Assembly (NCBI GenBank): GCA_031316235.1
Contig: JALDRA010000001.1
Coordinates: 1,650,001-1,682,000 of the forward strand
Direction of reading: 5' to 3'
DNA: 32,000 nucleotides
Origin: Candidatus Scalindua sp.
GTDB taxonomy: Bacteria > Planctomycetota > Brocadiia > Brocadiales > Scalinduaceae
The translations under genes and the position numbers were made by a program. Positions 29,306 to 32,000 of the stretch are shown here, piece by piece; within the stretch, counting starts at the first letter, position 1; each line of letters opens with the position of its first letter. The notes below the pieces were generated by a model that saw nothing but the letters and a program-made list of their open reading frames with translations, was not told the DNA's origin and searched no databases.

Positions 29306-30688
29306 TCAAACCGGTTTGTCATCGCCCTCAGATTCAGAAAGTACCTGGATTCCGACTATTGGTTGCGATCCATCTGCTGTCCGTCTGACAACAAATCTCT
29401 TAATTTTCAGAAAATGATCCAGTATAAAATTGACTTCAAGTGGTTCTGAAGGGGAATCACCTTGCAGACAGACAATTTTTCCATTACTCAGCCTGGAGAC
29501 ATCCTCTGTCTGTAAGGCCAGACCTTCACTGGAGTAATCACAAATGGTTGCTTTGGTAAGTGCTGTTTTGCACTCATCCAGATAAAGATTCAAAGAGGGT
29601 TGTTTCCACCTCCAGGGCTGTCGGGGGAATATACGTTTATCAGCAGCACAAACAGAATTATCTTTTGATCCATAAAGTACCCCATGTACCTGTTTAAACC
29701 ACCAGGAATGTAAATCTAACAACTCTTTAACAATACGATTACGATCTGCATTGCGAGTTTCAGCATGAAACAAGTCTACGTTTGAGGTAATCCATATTTT
29801 CAGGAAATGGTCTTCCAGTATCCTGAAAGGTACTACGTCTGGTTGTTTCTGGAATTTAAAAACCGGCATGTTATCTCCTATACACATATTTGTTGAGGGC
29901 TGACTTGGGTCTCTACCAAAGGTATATGGCTGATAATTAACTTTGTTGTCTACGATCATTAACCAGCAGTTTGGGGTTTGTGTATAAAACCTGACCTTAG
30001 CTCCAACATTTGGATAGCTTCTAAGCCTGTCACATGCGTGGGCATAGTCGCTAAAAACCCTTTGATGGAAAAAGGGATCAGATGGTTGCACTTTTGTTCT
30101 ATCGGTATTCATAATCTTTGCCGCATCTGAAGCATTGCTCTCAAGTAATGTTCTGAATACCGCTGAAGCTTGAAGTGCATCAAGGAGCAGTATCTTAACA
30201 TCCAGACCGCAAGCTATCTTTTCATCAAGAGAAGAGAGCAAATCGTCCAGATGAACAATTTCAGAATGTGCGATACCGATAAGCCACAACCTTTTCTCGG
30301 CATTTTTTATCGCATGGTATATATCATATTGTGCATCTTTACGGGAACCGTATATATTCGTAAGCCCGCAGTTTGCTGCAGAACCAATGAGCTGATTGGA
30401 AGTAGTTAAAAATTTTTCTATGGATGTTCTATTATCATTAATAAGCTGATTTGTGGGAAAAAGAGCCTCTTTAAAAATACCTTTCAAATGTCCGAATATC
30501 TCCCACCAGAAAAATGCATACTCAATGATGTGAATACACATTATTGCGCTAAGGACAAGGAGCAGGTGCTTGACTATTTCAGGTATGTTGTGCCAGTAAC
30601 GCGGTAACAGAATGTAGAGTGCGACGGTGGTAAGAAAAAAGAAACATACGATCAACATTCGTACAAAGGGTCTTGGTTTCTCGCTCAT
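29306..30688 (-). CDS. Membrane protein: 2 TM helices - unknown ~230-aa domain - C-terminal PilZ domain
   Basis: GGGGAGGG lies 7 nt upstream of ATG 30688. The TM helices are MLIVCFFFLTTVALYILL and LLLVLSAIMCIHIIEYAFFWW. The C-terminus has PilZ motifs KRIFPRQPW (RxxxR, about 29614-29634) and DYSSEG (DxSxxG, about 29522-29540). The middle domain (RLWLIGIAHSEI...VRFYTQTPNCWLMIVDNKVNYQPYTFG...) is vaguely PLD-fold/DUF5919-like but has no HKD motif. Confidence 0.75.
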   Translation of the reverse strand: MSEKPRPFVRMLIVCFFFLTTVALYILLPRYWHNIPEIVKHLLLVLSAIMCIHIIEYAFFWWEIFGHLKGIFKEALFPTNQLINDNRTSIEKFLTTSNQLIGSAANCGLTNIYGSRKDAQYDIYHAIKNAEKRLWLIGIAHSEIVHLDDLLSSLDEKIACGLDVKILLLDALQASAVFRTLLESNASDAAKIMNTDRTKVQPSDPFFHQRVFSDYAHACDRLRSYPNVGAKVRFYTQTPNCWLMIVDNKVNYQPYTFGRDPSQPSTNMCIGDNMPVFKFQKQPDVVPFRILEDHFLKIWITSNVDLFHAETRNADRNRIVKELLDLHSWWFKQVHGVLYGSKDNSVCAADKRIFPRQPWRWKQPSLNLYLDECKTALTKATICDYSSEGLALQTEDVSRLSNGKIVCLQGDSPSEPLEVNFILDHFLKIKRFVVRRTADGSQPIVGIQVLSESEGDDKPV

Positions 30689-30956
30689 CGATCTGCCCTC
30701 CCCAACCGGATGGCGTCTTGCCTTTCCAAATAACCTTTTTCTGAGTTACTGGAAGCAACTCCCGGTTCACTCTGTAACACTGAACCTTCGACGTCACACG
30801 GGTACTAAACGCTATATAAACTTTCATCGATCGATGGTATTATACTCTTTTTGGTTTTACAAAGCAAAAACCAATTTACAGCATATCATGCTTGTAACAT
30901 GAGACAGGGACAGAGCGAATAAAAATCAGGAGTGCCTGACACTCTTCACCTGTCTA

Positions 30957-31112
30957 GTGCGTAAACGAAAACCCCGTGTTTGAACCAAAACTGCCCGGGT
31001 ACAAGGCGCGAAGTAATCACGTAACCGGAGCGTAATCTAGTACATGAGCATTACGTCATTGTTGCAGCAACGCCGTAGATGGGTAGTTTTCGTTCAAACA
31101 CTATCTACGCAC
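30957..31112. repeat. Long (~156 nt) imperfect inverted repeat / extended hairpin downstream of htpG
   Basis: Four arm pairs are consistent with one hairpin. GTGTTTGAACcAAAACTgCCC (30976-30996) pairs with GGGtAGTTTTcGTTCAAACAC (31081-31101). AATcACGTAA (31015-31024) pairs with TTACGTcATT (31051-31060). GGCG (31005-08) pairs with CGCC (31071-74), and GTGCGTA (30957-63) pairs with TACGCAC (31106-12). The region is locally more GC-rich than its surroundings. Confidence 0.7.
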
Positions 31113-31123
31113 AGTAAACCTTC

Positions 31124-32000
31124 TCATCTATTCTGCTGTGCATTCTCAACCATAAGCTTCGCAATAGACTTGGCAAATGAAATAGAGTCTTTTGGTCTTG
31201 ATCCTTCCACCAAGAGCGCCTGATCATACAGGAGATCAGCATACTCCTTCAGGACCTCGCTTTTTTTATCTTTCTCAAAAATTCCGTTCATGGCTTCGAA
31301 GAGTGGATGTTCCGGGTTGATTTCAAGAATCCTTTTTCTTCTGGGAACGTCCTGACCCATTGATATTAAGAGCTTTTCCATCTGCGGATCCATTTCACCT
31401 TCGTCTGCAACAAGGCAACAGGCGGAATCTTTCAACCTCCCGGAAAGCCTTACCTCCTTCAGTTCTTCTTCCAGGTGGTCTTGGATAAGCTTAAGGATCT
31501 TTCCATATTTTTTCTGTGCCTTTTCCTTTTCATCCTTTTTCGATTCATCCAGAGTAATATCACCCTTAATAACAGACTTGAATTTCTTACCCTTGAATTC
31601 AAACTGACCCATGACAATATCGTCAATATCATCCAAGAGAATAAGGACTTCGTAGTCTTTATCTCTTAAGGCCTCTAGGTAGGGAGACTTAAACACTTCA
31701 TCTCGTGATGTCCCGGTAATATAGTAAATGTCTTCCTGCCCCTCTTTCATGTTGTCTAAGTACTCCTGGAGTGTTCTGAAGGTGTCCTTATCTGTTTTCG
31801 TTGAAGGAAAAAGGAGGAGTTCTCCAATCGACTCCCGCTTGGAAAAATCAAAATGAATACCTTCTTTTAAAATCCTGCCGAATTCTTTATAAAATTTGAG
31901 GTACTTATCAAAATCATCCTTTTTCATATCACTGAGAGTGTCGAGCACTTTCTTGGTGATACTGTTCTTTATCGTTTCAACCTGCCGATTATTCTGCAGC
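31124..32000 (-). CDS. htpG: Molecular chaperone HtpG (Hsp90), C-terminal part; N-terminus beyond the window
   Basis: The sequence ...DIYYITGTSRDEVFKSPYLEALRDKDYEVLILLDDIDD...LSGRLKDSACCLVADEGEMDPQMEKLL...RILEINPEHPLFEAM... is colinear with the HtpG middle and C-terminal domains. The reading frame stays open to position 32000. Confidence 0.93.
   Translation of the reverse strand, partial: LQNNRQVETIKNSITKKVLDTLSDMKKDDFDKYLKFYKEFGRILKEGIHFDFSKRESIGELLLFPSTKTDKDTFRTLQEYLDNMKEGQEDIYYITGTSRDEVFKSPYLEALRDKDYEVLILLDDIDDIVMGQFEFKGKKFKSVIKGDITLDESKKDEKEKAQKKYGKILKLIQDHLEEELKEVRLSGRLKDSACCLVADEGEMDPQMEKLLISMGQDVPRRKRILEINPEHPLFEAMNGIFEKDKKSEVLKEYADLLYDQALLVEGSRPKDSISFAKSIAKLMVENAQQNR

Noticed and set aside
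29306-30688. Calling the middle domain of the 2TM-PilZ protein a phospholipase D or nuclease.
   Set aside because: No HxK(x)4D motif is present anywhere in the protein. The resemblance to PLD-fold domains is only an impression from strand patterns.

Overview
This is an AT-rich (about 40% GC by eye) bacterial chromosomal segment with about 23 protein-coding genes. I found no rRNA, tRNA, CRISPR array, transposase or integrase by eye. Housekeeping genes are ligA, the overlapping thiL-tsaE-mutL operon, htpG, System II cytochrome c biogenesis ccsA plus a resB-like gene, tldD/pmbA, and pilT plus a PilU-like paralog. These are interleaved with many signalling genes: a cytoplasmic hybrid histidine kinase, a 1333-aa Cache-HAMP-GAF hybrid kinase with three receiver domains, a periplasmic heme-c (CxxCH)/GAF sensor with no transmitter, an orphan CheR methyltransferase, and two PilZ (c-di-GMP receptor) proteins. 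Four things deserve a second look. (1) A modular hairpin-forming repeat family has at least 8 intergenic copies. Five of the six copies carrying module A lie co-oriented 27-92 nt upstream of a start codon, and four of those genes are signalling genes. Two copies are preceded by sigma54-like GG-N10-GC boxes. (2) The transmitter-less heme-c/GAF sensor ends inside an HK-type 'NEEL' coiled coil, and its stop overlaps the start of the orphan cheR by 11 nt. (3) A 2TM protein carries an unknown middle domain and a C-terminal PilZ domain. (4) A pilT/pilU pair sits between tldD and pmbA. All calls come from hand reading of the sequence and ORF track. No database search was run, so family assignments are motif-based and should be confirmed with HMM searches.
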